A stretch of 36,194 nt of DNA, taken from positions 1-36,194 of the forward strand of contig JBGPGZ010000001.1 of the NCBI GenBank assembly GCA_041484175.1. Direction: 5' to 3'. The first letter of the stretch is position 1. Each line of letters starts with the position of its first letter. Shown piece after piece: positions 16,460-25,005 of the stretch. The notes under the pieces were generated by a model, which was given only the letters and a program-made list of their open reading frames with translations, did not search any database and was not told where the DNA came from. This DNA is from Cyclobacteriaceae bacterium. Its GTDB lineage: Bacteria; Bacteroidota; Bacteroidia; Cytophagales; Cyclobacteriaceae. The translations under genes were made by a program, and so were the position numbers.

Positions 16460-17572
16460 TCAAAATGGATCCCCATGGGTTCTTTTCATCAGGAAATCGG
16501 CGACCGGCTTTGAATAGCGCGTGAGGTTAACGGCCCCATTCGAAGCCCACTCACTTCCAAAGAGTCGCTGAATTTGACGACCTGTCCACAAGCGGTTTTC
16601 AAAAAATCTCTTCCAGCACATGGAGTAATCTTGCTCCAATTGTTCACGCCTGTAATCAGGTTCTTTACAAAAACGAATCACCCTTTCACTCAGTAGTTTT
16701 GCCGAATGAATTGCCATGGCCATGCCATTACCACACAGCGGCGTGATCATGCCTGCTGCATCACCGGTCATCAGTATATGATTATCAAGGGGCCCTTTTG
16801 TCTCAAATGATATCTCGTTAATGGTCTCCGGCTTATCGAACAGGAATTGTGAATTATTGAAGATTTCTTTGAGAAAGGGATTCTTGAAAAGTACATCTTC
16901 CTCCATGGCGCGAATGTTGCCATGCTCTTTCAAGTTATTGCGGTGGCTGAGATAACAGAGATTGGTTTTGCCGTCTTCAATGTTGCTGATGCCACAATAG
17001 CCATTTTTGAAATTGTGGAGCGCGATAAGGTCGCCAGCATGATCAGTGCGGATGTGGTACTTCACGCCGACGTAGGGAGATTTTTTTTTGATGAAACTGC
17101 GTCCGAGGCTAATGTCGATCTTTGAACGCTTCCCAAAACAACCAATGACCACATCCGCTTCTAATGTTGTTGCCGGTATCTGAACCAGAAACTTTCCGTC
17201 GGTGTACTGCACCTTTTCAGCCTCAGTGCAGAGTAAAAAATCAACACCGAAACCCTTTGCCTTGGTATACAGGAAGTGATCAAAACTATACCTGCTGATT
17301 CCAAACCCCCCTAAATCGAGTTGAAGACTGGCTGATTTTCCATTGACGGACGTGAGTAAGAACCGTTTTATACGAGGTGGAGAGAATTCTTCCGGGTATA
17401 ACCCCAATGACGTGAGAAACGGTACGGTCTCGTTGGAAACATATTCTCCGCAAACCCGGTGCAACGGGTACGTTTTTCTTTCAATCAGAATGGAAGGAAT
17501 ACCCGCCTGCGCCAATTGAATGGCCGTAATTAATCCCGAAATGCCGCCTCCTACAATGATTACCCTCTTCAA
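16460..17572 (-). CDS. NAD(P)/FAD-dependent oxidoreductase (geranylgeranyl-reductase/flavin monooxygenase-like)
   Basis: IVGGGISG Rossmann motif, RVCGEYVS, SRYSFDHFL, GDAAGMITPLCGNGMAMA. Confidence 0.88.
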   Translation of the reverse strand: MKRVIIVGGGISGLITAIQLAQAGIPSILIERKTYPLHRVCGEYVSNETVPFLTSLGLYPEEFSPPRIKRFLLTSVNGKSASLQLDLGGFGISRYSFDHFLYTKAKGFGVDFLLCTEAEKVQYTDGKFLVQIPATTLEADVVIGCFGKRSKIDISLGRSFIKKKSPYVGVKYHIRTDHAGDLIALHNFKNGYCGISNIEDGKTNLCYLSHRNNLKEHGNIRAMEEDVLFKNPFLKEIFNNSQFLFDKPETINEISFETKGPLDNHILMTGDAAGMITPLCGNGMAMAIHSAKLLSERVIRFCKEPDYRREQLEQDYSMCWKRFFENRLWTGRQIQRLFGSEWASNGAVNLTRYSKPVADFLMKRTHGDPF

Positions 17573-17691
17573 TTGTTAACAAAATGTTGAAATCTTTATC
17601 ACGGCCAATATCGGAATTAAAAACAAAATGCCGGAAAAGGTTACAATGGCACAACTTTTTTAATGAATTAGCAGTTACTAGATGAGTTGGC

Positions 17692-18162
17692 ATGAAAACA
17701 AAGAAATACACTTCTCTTTTGGAGGAGTTGAATGTACTGGTGGTGGGGAACAATCCGATCGAGTTGGGAAGGGTGTTTGATAGTCTCAATAGGGTTCCTG
17801 GGAAGCGCATCATTACTGAAATCGCTTTTGATCTTAAAACGGTCATCGAGCGGTTGGCAAAATTTACTCCTCATTTTATTCTAATTGATGACAACATCGG
17901 TCAGTTGGAATTAAGAAACTCTGTCCAGGCTTTATTGCGGTACCGCAAAACCAAAAGCATACCCATCACGGTACTTAAGAATTCAAACTACCATGAAGCT
18001 ATCAATTCGGGCGTATTGAACTACATCCTTAAAGAAAATCTAACCGGAGAGTCTCTTTATGTGGCCTTCAAGAATTCAATAAAATTTCGACAAACCCAGC
18101 TGTATCTTTATAAAGCTTATCGCAAGCGCAAGGGTCAATTACTCCGGTTGATCAGCGGCTAG
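17692..18162 (+). CDS. atypical stand-alone receiver-domain protein
   Basis: REC-like pattern LNVLVVGNN / PHFILIDDN / TKSIPITVL / YILK with a basic C-terminal tail. Confidence 0.6.
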   Translation: MKTKKYTSLLEELNVLVVGNNPIELGRVFDSLNRVPGKRIITEIAFDLKTVIERLAKFTPHFILIDDNIGQLELRNSVQALLRYRKTKSIPITVLKNSNYHEAINSGVLNYILKENLTGESLYVAFKNSIKFRQTQLYLYKAYRKRKGQLLRLISG

Positions 18163-19409
18163 ATCTGATTTTCGAGCCGGAATTCGCGTTTTAATCTTTT
18201 CCCACCGCGCTCGATCTCGAGCATGATCTTCTTACCGGGTTGCGAATTCAAGATGTCGTTTAGCCTGTTCAAATCAATTTCCTTAGCGAATTCATCGTTG
18301 ATGTGGACAATCCAGTCACCCGCCTTTATATCCGCTTTTTGGGCAGCGGAGTTTTGGCGTACATCAGTAATTTCATAGTTGCGAAGTGCTTCACCCTGGG
18401 CTTTGATGGTAAGGCCGCTGAGGTTGTAGTGGAATTCCTTTCTAAAAGTAATGTTCTTTTTGAGATAGACTTTCTCGTCAGGAAAATCAAAAATGACATT
18501 GAATCGGCTCAATATTTCTCCTCCGATGGCGCCATTGCGAAAGACGCTTTTGGTGTTTCTCAGGGTATCGGAATAACTGTTTGGGTCCGGGAAGTTGGCG
18601 ATTACGTGGTCGATTTTATACTTCCCCAGGTGAACTCTTTTGATCCTTCCGATTTTGCCGGTAATCACGCCGCCTAATCCACGGCCAATAATGCTGTTGA
18701 TGTGCTTCTGAGGCACTATCAGCTTGTCATCCGATTCAGGGTCAAGAAGAAGGCCATGGCTGGCCCCGGTGTCTATCAATAACTTGGTCAACATACGGGT
18801 GCTGTCGTTTAACTCCACATCAGCCAGCACATAAGGTTTTGTGTCCTGGATTGTAATGGGCAGCTCCTGGAACGACATCTTGCGTTTAAACCGCCCGGGT
18901 AGCATGAGGGTCAATACCTTATTCTCGTAATCAATGCCAACAATAAAACGGCTAAACAGTTCATAGCCCAGGATGCCATGAACATCCGTTCCGAGGTAAT
19001 TGCGTAGCTCCAAATAGTCTTTGTCTAGCACCAGCATTGCGTGGCCTTCGCCATGTACGCCTGGCATATCAATCGAGACGTTGTTGGTAATATAGGCATC
19101 AATTAATTTTTCCCCTCCGGGTCCTGAGATGGTGTATTTTCTGGTATAGGTTAAATGGAGAAAGTCGCTGAAGGCTTTTTCTGTTAGAATGGTCGTACGG
19201 ACACCCGTGTCCAGGATGAATTTTAGTGGAAGTTTGCCGTTAAGGACGACCGGCACAACCACCAGGTTGTTAAAAATCTCGATGGGTATCTGAACCTTCG
19301 ATTGACCTTCAGCAAGGGAAAACCCAAGGGTTTGCGCTTTGACCGTCGTCGAAAGCAAACCAATGGCAACAGCAAAAATGAATTTTTGAATCATCACAGT
19401 TAGCCTCAC
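18159..19409 (-). CDS. secreted double-domain aspartyl protease with C-terminal PDZ domain
   Basis: Signal peptide; FILDTG...GILGYE and LIDTGA...GAIGGE retropepsin-like repeats; SAAQKADIKAGDWIVHIN PDZ motif. Start may be the later ATG (MIQKF). Confidence 0.85.
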   Translation of the reverse strand: MRLTVMIQKFIFAVAIGLLSTTVKAQTLGFSLAEGQSKVQIPIEIFNNLVVVPVVLNGKLPLKFILDTGVRTTILTEKAFSDFLHLTYTRKYTISGPGGEKLIDAYITNNVSIDMPGVHGEGHAMLVLDKDYLELRNYLGTDVHGILGYELFSRFIVGIDYENKVLTLMLPGRFKRKMSFQELPITIQDTKPYVLADVELNDSTRMLTKLLIDTGASHGLLLDPESDDKLIVPQKHINSIIGRGLGGVITGKIGRIKRVHLGKYKIDHVIANFPDPNSYSDTLRNTKSVFRNGAIGGEILSRFNVIFDFPDEKVYLKKNITFRKEFHYNLSGLTIKAQGEALRNYEITDVRQNSAAQKADIKAGDWIVHINDEFAKEIDLNRLNDILNSQPGKKIMLEIERGGKRLKREFRLENQI

Positions 19410-19444
19410 TTAAAACTAAATAAATTTTTTAAAAGACTAACTCT

Positions 19445-19987
19445 TTAAACGGCAACTACCCCCAATAAGGTGAGCAATTCCTGAGGACTACCGGCAATCT
19501 TTATTGCCAGGAGGTTCTCTTTTTTGAGAAAGCCCTCGCCGACCATTTTTTCCAGTTGTGAAATCAATGAACTGAAATATCCGTTGGTATTCAGCAGGCC
19601 AACCGGATTTTGTATCAAGCCAAGTTGCTTCCAGGTCAGTATTTCCGCCAGTTCATCCAGTGTTCCAAGTCCACCGGGCATTGCGATAAAAAAGTCTGCC
19701 AAATCGGCCAGGCACTTTTTTCGCTCATGCATGCTGTTTACGACGATAAGCTCTGAAAGGCCGCGATGGGCAACCTCGCGTTGAACCAGAAAATCAGGGA
19801 TGACACCAATGACGCGTGCTGAATTTTTTAGCATTTCATCGGCCAGAATGCCCATGAGGCCTATGTTCCCTCCGCCATAAACAAGGCTGCAATTATATTT
19901 ACTGAAGAGCTCCGCAAGTTCTTTTGCGGCTTCTTTGTAAACTGGATTGGCACCTATGCTGGACCCGCAGAAGACGCAGATATTCAT
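19445..19987 (-). CDS. LOG-family (TIGR00730) nucleotide phosphoribohydrolase
   Basis: ICVFCGSS, LVYGGGNIGLMG, MHERK, PGGLGTLDE. Confidence 0.92.
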   Translation of the reverse strand: MNICVFCGSSIGANPVYKEAAKELAELFSKYNCSLVYGGGNIGLMGILADEMLKNSARVIGVIPDFLVQREVAHRGLSELIVVNSMHERKKCLADLADFFIAMPGGLGTLDELAEILTWKQLGLIQNPVGLLNTNGYFSSLISQLEKMVGEGFLKKENLLAIKIAGSPQELLTLLGVVAV

Positions 19988-20002
19988 CAGCGAAGCAAAG
20001 CA

Positions 20003-20110
20003 TTAATGCTTTACATCATGCTCATTTTTACTCACCATTTTATTAGGAAAAATCCAAGGAGAGATAATGGCCAATACAAAGAGTCCTATTACTACTGAAA
20101 TGGCAATCAT
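20003..20110 (-). CDS. 35-aa single-pass small membrane protein (not in ORF track)
   Basis: MIAISVVIGLFVLAIISPWIFPNKMVSKNEHDVKH*; AT-rich leader and a TACCTTTG -7 box at 20140-20133. Confidence 0.6.
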   Translation of the reverse strand: MIAISVVIGLFVLAIISPWIFPNKMVSKNEHDVKH

Positions 20111-20227
20111 AAAAGATTTAGAATTTGGAAATCAAAGGTAAACCATCTGGACTGTCTTTTTCAATTTCTTTCTGAAAAAGTTGGAAACCTTTTGATCTTG
20201 TAAAAAAGAGGTAACTTCAGTGCGGCA

Positions 20228-20791
20228 ATGAAAAGATTACTCATTATTACCGGTGCCGTGCTGCTCATTTTTATCGGTGGGTGGGCGTATTGGGCTAATA
20301 TTTATACCAAGTCATTTAGCCCGGATTCCGATGTCAACTTTGAAGCGCAAGATCTTAGAATTCACATCAATTATGACCGGCCTTATAAAAAGGGACGACT
20401 CATATTTGGTGAGCAAAAACAAAACGCCCTTGTACCCTATGGAAAAGTTTGGAGAACGGGGGCCAATGAAGCTACCGTTTTTGAAACTAACCGGGACCTG
20501 ACCATCAAAGGCAAGGTCCTCAAGGCTGGCACGTATTCATTTTGGACCATACCGGGAGAACAAAATTGGAGTATCATATTTAATTCTGAGTACGGTCAGT
20601 GGGGTGTTGATTTTAACGGAAAGGCCAACCGCGACCCAAAAAATGATGTGTTGACGCTGGAGGTGCCGGTCAGGACAACCAATGACAAGGAATTTGAACA
20701 GTTTACCATCTCGGTCGATAAGATGGGGGAGGAAATGGAAATCGTACTGTTGTGGGACAAGACACTCGTCGCTCTGCCCTTTAGCAGGTGA
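20228..20791 (+). CDS. DUF2911-family protein
   Basis: SP...YDRPYKKGRLIFG, LVPYGKVWRTGANEAT, EQFTI, WDKT. Confidence 0.88.
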   Translation: MKRLLIITGAVLLIFIGGWAYWANIYTKSFSPDSDVNFEAQDLRIHINYDRPYKKGRLIFGEQKQNALVPYGKVWRTGANEATVFETNRDLTIKGKVLKAGTYSFWTIPGEQNWSIIFNSEYGQWGVDFNGKANRDPKNDVLTLEVPVRTTNDKEFEQFTISVDKMGEEMEIVLLWDKTLVALPFSR

Positions 20792-20870
20792 ATCCTTTTT
20801 TGAAATTCAGTCTCCCGTTTTAATAAATCCCAGCTTTTCGGTTGCTACCTTAGCTTGCTAATTTTTCAAA

Positions 20871-21614
20871 ATGATTCAGGTAATTCCATCCATCGCGATA
20901 CGGCAGGGGAAAGTGGTTAAAATGCGCAAAGGTGATCCTTCCAGCGAAAAAGCCTATGACGAAAATCCCCTTGACCTTGCCAAGCGATTTGAGGATCATG
21001 GTATTGAAGTGGTGCATCTTGTTGATCTGGATGGTGCTGAAATAGGCAGCCCCCAGAATTATCATGTGCTGGAAACCATTGCCGGATACACCGACCTAAA
21101 GATAGATTTCACCGGGGGCATTTGCACGGATGGCGACATTGGCAAAGCCTATGAATACGGCGCAGATTATATTACGGCATCGAGCATCGCGATCACAAAC
21201 CCCGAATTATTTGCCTCGTGGATTATTTCTTATGGGCGGGAGAAGATGACGCTCGGGGCTGATGTGACCGATATCAAAACCAAAACAATTGCTTTTCGCG
21301 GATGGCAACAAAAATCAGAGCTTACATTGTTCGAGCATGTTCAATTCTTCTATCAGCGCGGCTTGAAGTACGTTAAGTCTACAGACATCTCGCGCGACGG
21401 TGTGCTGGAGGGCCCAGCCTTTGATTTTTATCAGGAGATACTCGACCACTTTCCCGATTTAAAAGTGCTGGCAAGCGGAGGCGTCCGGGGAGTGGATGAC
21501 ATAAAGCGCCTCCATGAGATGGGTATCTTCGCTGTCATTTTTGGCAAAGCTTATTACGAAGGGATTTTGAAATTGAAAGACCTGGAGCAGTTTCTTGAAA
21601 AGAAAGAAGCTTAG
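20871..21614 (+). CDS. hisA: HisA-like TIM-barrel protein (orphan; first catalytic Asp replaced)
   Basis: HLVDLDGA, GADV...RGWQ, TDISRDGVLEGP, ASGGV, GKAYYEG; the N-terminus reads IPSIAI instead of IPAIDL. Confidence 0.75.
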   Translation: MIQVIPSIAIRQGKVVKMRKGDPSSEKAYDENPLDLAKRFEDHGIEVVHLVDLDGAEIGSPQNYHVLETIAGYTDLKIDFTGGICTDGDIGKAYEYGADYITASSIAITNPELFASWIISYGREKMTLGADVTDIKTKTIAFRGWQQKSELTLFEHVQFFYQRGLKYVKSTDISRDGVLEGPAFDFYQEILDHFPDLKVLASGGVRGVDDIKRLHEMGIFAVIFGKAYYEGILKLKDLEQFLEKKEA

Positions 21615-24037
21615 CCGCCATGACTACGCTTAAGGTCAAAAGGAACTACGACTTTTACACTGAAATTTCGCCCCATATTAAAAACACCCATTCTTCCTGT
21701 CACCAGGTTTTCGGCTGCATATTTCAAACGGCTTAAATGATTTTGGTATGCAACGTCAAAAATGTTATTGACGGTAAGATAAAACGACAGCAAAGTCTTC
21801 CCCTTGGCTGTAACGAGATCGGTGCCAAGGCCGGCATTCCACAGAGAATAAGCGGGCGTCCGTGTCTCGGTGCGGTTTTCAAGCAATATCCGGTTCATAG
21901 ACCAGAAATAGTTGCATTCAACCTTTACAAAAGGGTTGGAAATTCGATTTCCAAGGCCTTTGAAATTGGCACGAAGTTCACTTTGATAACGCGGGGCTGG
22001 AATAAAAGGCAGGTATTTCGCGCTGTCATTTTGTAATTGGGATTTGTTCAATGCATTGACAAAGGAAAAACCATTCTCAAAATGGAGCCAATCCAGCGGG
22101 TGGGGATGCAGGTCGATGGAAAACTCTCCACCCCTGAGTTGTGCTTTGCCGTGCACATACTGATAGGCAGGTACAGGCTCCTGTGGGTCGGGGATGCTAT
22201 CCATTCCGCTTTTTGCTGACAGTTTTTTGGTGTAGATGTAGTTATTGATATCATTTTGAAACAGGGAAAACTCGGCACTTATATGTTTTGAATTGAACAC
22301 CAGACTCACGTCGATCTGCAGCGATGTCTCCGGCTTCAGATTGTAATTGCCATATTCATACCGAAGTGAGCCCTCATGACGACCGTTGGAAGCGAGTTCG
22401 GAAATGGTAGGAGCCCTGAAGCCGCGCGAAGCATTGAATTTGGTGCTAAGCTGATTTGATATCGCGTAGGTAAGGCCTGCACTCGCAGAATAATTTGAAA
22501 AGGTCATGTTTCCAGCCTTGAATTTCTGAACCATGTTGGGATCAGACGTCGGCGAGCCCTGACCATCCAGGTACAATGCGTCAATGGAAATCCTTCGCTG
22601 GTCAATACGGATTCCGCCGGCGATGTCAAGTCTTTTCAAATGTTGTTTCACAAATGAGAAAGCACCCCAATCAAATGACCGATACTCCGGAATCAGAAAT
22701 TCAGCACCCTTGTTTTGATTTCCCTGCGACATCCCACTCGTGCCGATTGAAACTTGCCACCCGTTTCTTTCGGGCAGAAAGTAGCTGAGGTTGTAATTGA
22801 AAGTGCCAAGATCGAAATAGAGATTATTGAAATTTTCATCCAAAACGTTGCCAAATTCCTTCCGTTGGTTTCGTTGATAGCCGATATTGAGTTGAATTCG
22901 TGAAGGCCCGAAATAGATATTGGAGGTATTGGAAATCCGAAAATGATGGATCTCCTGGCGTGGAACGAACAATTTATAGGATTTTAATTCATCCCTCCCG
23001 ACGGTCACCACTTCTTCGTTTCCATTGACATTCTTTAGCCGTGTAAAATTTCCGGTGCTATCCCGTTCCCCCTCGACCAATCCAAGCCATTGATGAAAGG
23101 AGCTCACGCTGAGTTGCGAATAACCCCATGACTTGCTTAACCCGATCTGCCCGTTGAAATCATTTTCACGGAAGCCTGAATTAAAGACACTCCCATCATT
23201 GATGTTTCTGAAGGGCCTGGCGTCCTTCTTGCTTACACGCGCCAGCCAATAGAGCCCTTTGATATTGCCTGCATTCATCACGGAGTTGCCGATCAGACCA
23301 TTATTCGTTTGATAATTGCTAAGCCATTTTCCCATGATCGTCCCTTCTGCTACCGGATTCGGATTCAAAAAATTCAACACCCCGCCCAAACCGTCACTTC
23401 CGTACATAAGACTCCCCGCGCCTTTGACGATTTCCACGCGATCGACCGAGAATTCATCAATTTCAATCCCATGTTCATCACCCCACTGCTGCCCTTCCTG
23501 ACGGATGCCGTCGTATAAGGAAATGATCCGGTTGTACCCCAGGCCCCGGATAACAGGCTTGGAAATGGCAGGTCCAGTGGTAATCTGGTTGACGCCAACC
23601 TTTTTGGAAATATTGTCAATCAAATTGGTCGATGTATTCTCCGTCAGATTCCTGCTATTGAGCGTAGCGATGGGAAGAGGATTGTTTTTCAGTTCCGAGG
23701 AATGACTCATGCCGGTAACGACGACCTCATTAAGCTCAGTAACCGAGCTGTTCAACGCAACATTAAGTTCAGTGGCACCGCCAATTTCAACCCCCCTGAC
23801 AATGGTGGAGTAGCCGACGAATTTGATCTCTACCAAAAACCGCCCCCTGGCGAGTTGATTGATGGTATAAAGCCCATCAGGCCCGGTAGACGCGCCTTTT
23901 TTCAGATCGGGGATATAGACGGTGGCACCGGCAATCGGACTCTGATCGGACTGATCGGTTACTTTTCCGGACAATGAATTCTGAGCAAGAACAGAGCCCA
24001 GGAAAAGGCAAAAAGCGCCCGTTACAATTATCTTCAT
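21611..24037 (-). CDS. TonB-dependent receptor, probably for metal (Zn) uptake
   Basis: Signal peptide, CarboxypepD_reg-like N-domain, LNEVVVTG, plug KPVIRGLG...QQWGDEHG...VEIVKGAGSLMYGSDGLGGV, NIFDVAY...GRNF. No susD partner; divergent from a Fur-family gene. Confidence 0.92.
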   Translation of the reverse strand: MKIIVTGAFCLFLGSVLAQNSLSGKVTDQSDQSPIAGATVYIPDLKKGASTGPDGLYTINQLARGRFLVEIKFVGYSTIVRGVEIGGATELNVALNSSVTELNEVVVTGMSHSSELKNNPLPIATLNSRNLTENTSTNLIDNISKKVGVNQITTGPAISKPVIRGLGYNRIISLYDGIRQEGQQWGDEHGIEIDEFSVDRVEIVKGAGSLMYGSDGLGGVLNFLNPNPVAEGTIMGKWLSNYQTNNGLIGNSVMNAGNIKGLYWLARVSKKDARPFRNINDGSVFNSGFRENDFNGQIGLSKSWGYSQLSVSSFHQWLGLVEGERDSTGNFTRLKNVNGNEEVVTVGRDELKSYKLFVPRQEIHHFRISNTSNIYFGPSRIQLNIGYQRNQRKEFGNVLDENFNNLYFDLGTFNYNLSYFLPERNGWQVSIGTSGMSQGNQNKGAEFLIPEYRSFDWGAFSFVKQHLKRLDIAGGIRIDQRRISIDALYLDGQGSPTSDPNMVQKFKAGNMTFSNYSASAGLTYAISNQLSTKFNASRGFRAPTISELASNGRHEGSLRYEYGNYNLKPETSLQIDVSLVFNSKHISAEFSLFQNDINNYIYTKKLSAKSGMDSIPDPQEPVPAYQYVHGKAQLRGGEFSIDLHPHPLDWLHFENGFSFVNALNKSQLQNDSAKYLPFIPAPRYQSELRANFKGLGNRISNPFVKVECNYFWSMNRILLENRTETRTPAYSLWNAGLGTDLVTAKGKTLLSFYLTVNNIFDVAYQNHLSRLKYAAENLVTGRMGVFNMGRNFSVKVVVPFDLKRSHGG

Positions 24038-24049
24038 AGTCCGACTAAA

Positions 24050-24064
24050 TGAAACAACGTTGCA
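24050..24064. promoter_or_regulatory. Fur/Zur-type operator, site 2 (imperfect)
   Basis: TGAAACA-A-CGTTGCA, two mismatches to site 1; overlaps the minus-strand -7 box TATATTTG (24070-24063). Confidence 0.6.
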
Positions 24065-24087
24065 AATATAGTACCGCCCGATTTGTT

Positions 24088-24102
24088 TGCAACATTGTTG
24101 CA
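24088..24102. promoter_or_regulatory. Fur/Zur-type operator, site 1 (perfect 7-1-7 palindrome)
   Basis: TGCAACA-T-TGTTGCA, between the divergent -7 boxes TATATTTG (24070-24063, minus) and TAATTTTG (24118-24125, plus). Confidence 0.75.
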
Positions 24103-24130
24103 GTATAAATTTTTATGTAATTTTGAGTCC

Positions 24131-24550
24131 ATGACGACAGCCATTCAAACAGATATGCTTAAAGGGCATAAAATGAGATTCACTTCGAGCCGGTCGGCCA
24201 TTCTTGCGTTATTTGTCAAACGGCCTCATGCGCTTTCTTATTCGGACATTGAAAAGGAAGTTTCGACTGCGTTCGACCGTGTTACTGTTTATCGAACGCT
24301 GAAAACATTTCTCGACAAAGGGGTTATCCACAAAGTTCTGGACGATGGAGGAACGCTTAAGTATGCCCTTTGCAACGAACACTGCCATGATCAAGATCAT
24401 CATCATGATCATGTTCATTTCAAGTGTACAAAGTGCGGTCAGACCAGCTGTCTGGAAGATGTTGTGATTCCAACCATCAAACTCCCGAAAGGATATAAAG
24501 CCACGGAAGTAAACCTGCTTATCCAGGGCACCTGTCAAAAGTGCCGATGA
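24131..24550 (+). CDS. Fur-family transcriptional repressor (Zur-like)
   Basis: DRVTVYRTLKTF recognition helix, His-rich HCHDQDHHHDHVHF, CTKC and CQKC motifs. ATG 24131 preferred over TTG 24083. Confidence 0.9.
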   Translation: MTTAIQTDMLKGHKMRFTSSRSAILALFVKRPHALSYSDIEKEVSTAFDRVTVYRTLKTFLDKGVIHKVLDDGGTLKYALCNEHCHDQDHHHDHVHFKCTKCGQTSCLEDVVIPTIKLPKGYKATEVNLLIQGTCQKCR

Positions 24551-24571
24551 TGCGGGTACTGCAGGAATCAA

Positions 24572-24940
24572 TTAATTGTCAATGAGATCAGAGATCTTGA
24601 ACTTCTGGATGATGTAGTACAAGAAGTTGAAGGAAAGCGCATCGTCTTCTTCCTTGCCATTGGAAGGTCTGGTGTGATCGGATGGTTTGGACTTAGCCGG
24701 CGCGACGGTAGCCGAAACGGGCTTCGCGTGTAACTGCACCGAATCTCGCGGACCATTTTTTACTTTTGATTCGTGATCGAACACAATCGTACGATCTTCA
24801 TTCGGATTCAGTTCCGCGTGGTTGGCCTCCTGCGATTCATTGGAAGAAGAAGCTTCATCCTGGGCCCTGGAAGTAGTGCACACCATCGTCCCACAAACGA
24901 TCGACAGCAAGAAGATGAGCGGTGAAATTTTTGCTTTCAT
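24572..24940 (-). CDS. hypothetical secreted protein
   Basis: Signal peptide ending SRA-Q, polar low-complexity middle, hydrophobic C-terminal ALSFNFLYYIIQKFK. Confidence 0.7.
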   Translation of the reverse strand: MKAKISPLIFLLSIVCGTMVCTTSRAQDEASSSNESQEANHAELNPNEDRTIVFDHESKVKNGPRDSVQLHAKPVSATVAPAKSKPSDHTRPSNGKEEDDALSFNFLYYIIQKFKISDLIDN

Positions 24941-25005
24941 GGCAACAGCGACTATGACAAAACGGCCTACCTTGCCATTTGGTTTGGCAATTTATAAAAT
25001 TTCAA

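Noticed and set aside
21611-24037. SusC/polysaccharide utilisation locus
   Set aside because: No susD or glycoside hydrolase neighbours; the size and regulatory context fit a metal receptor.
24972-24990. TTGCCA-N7-TGGCAA inverted repeat in the divergent region before csaA
   Set aside because: Only 6-bp arms, a single instance and no associated regulator; could be chance.
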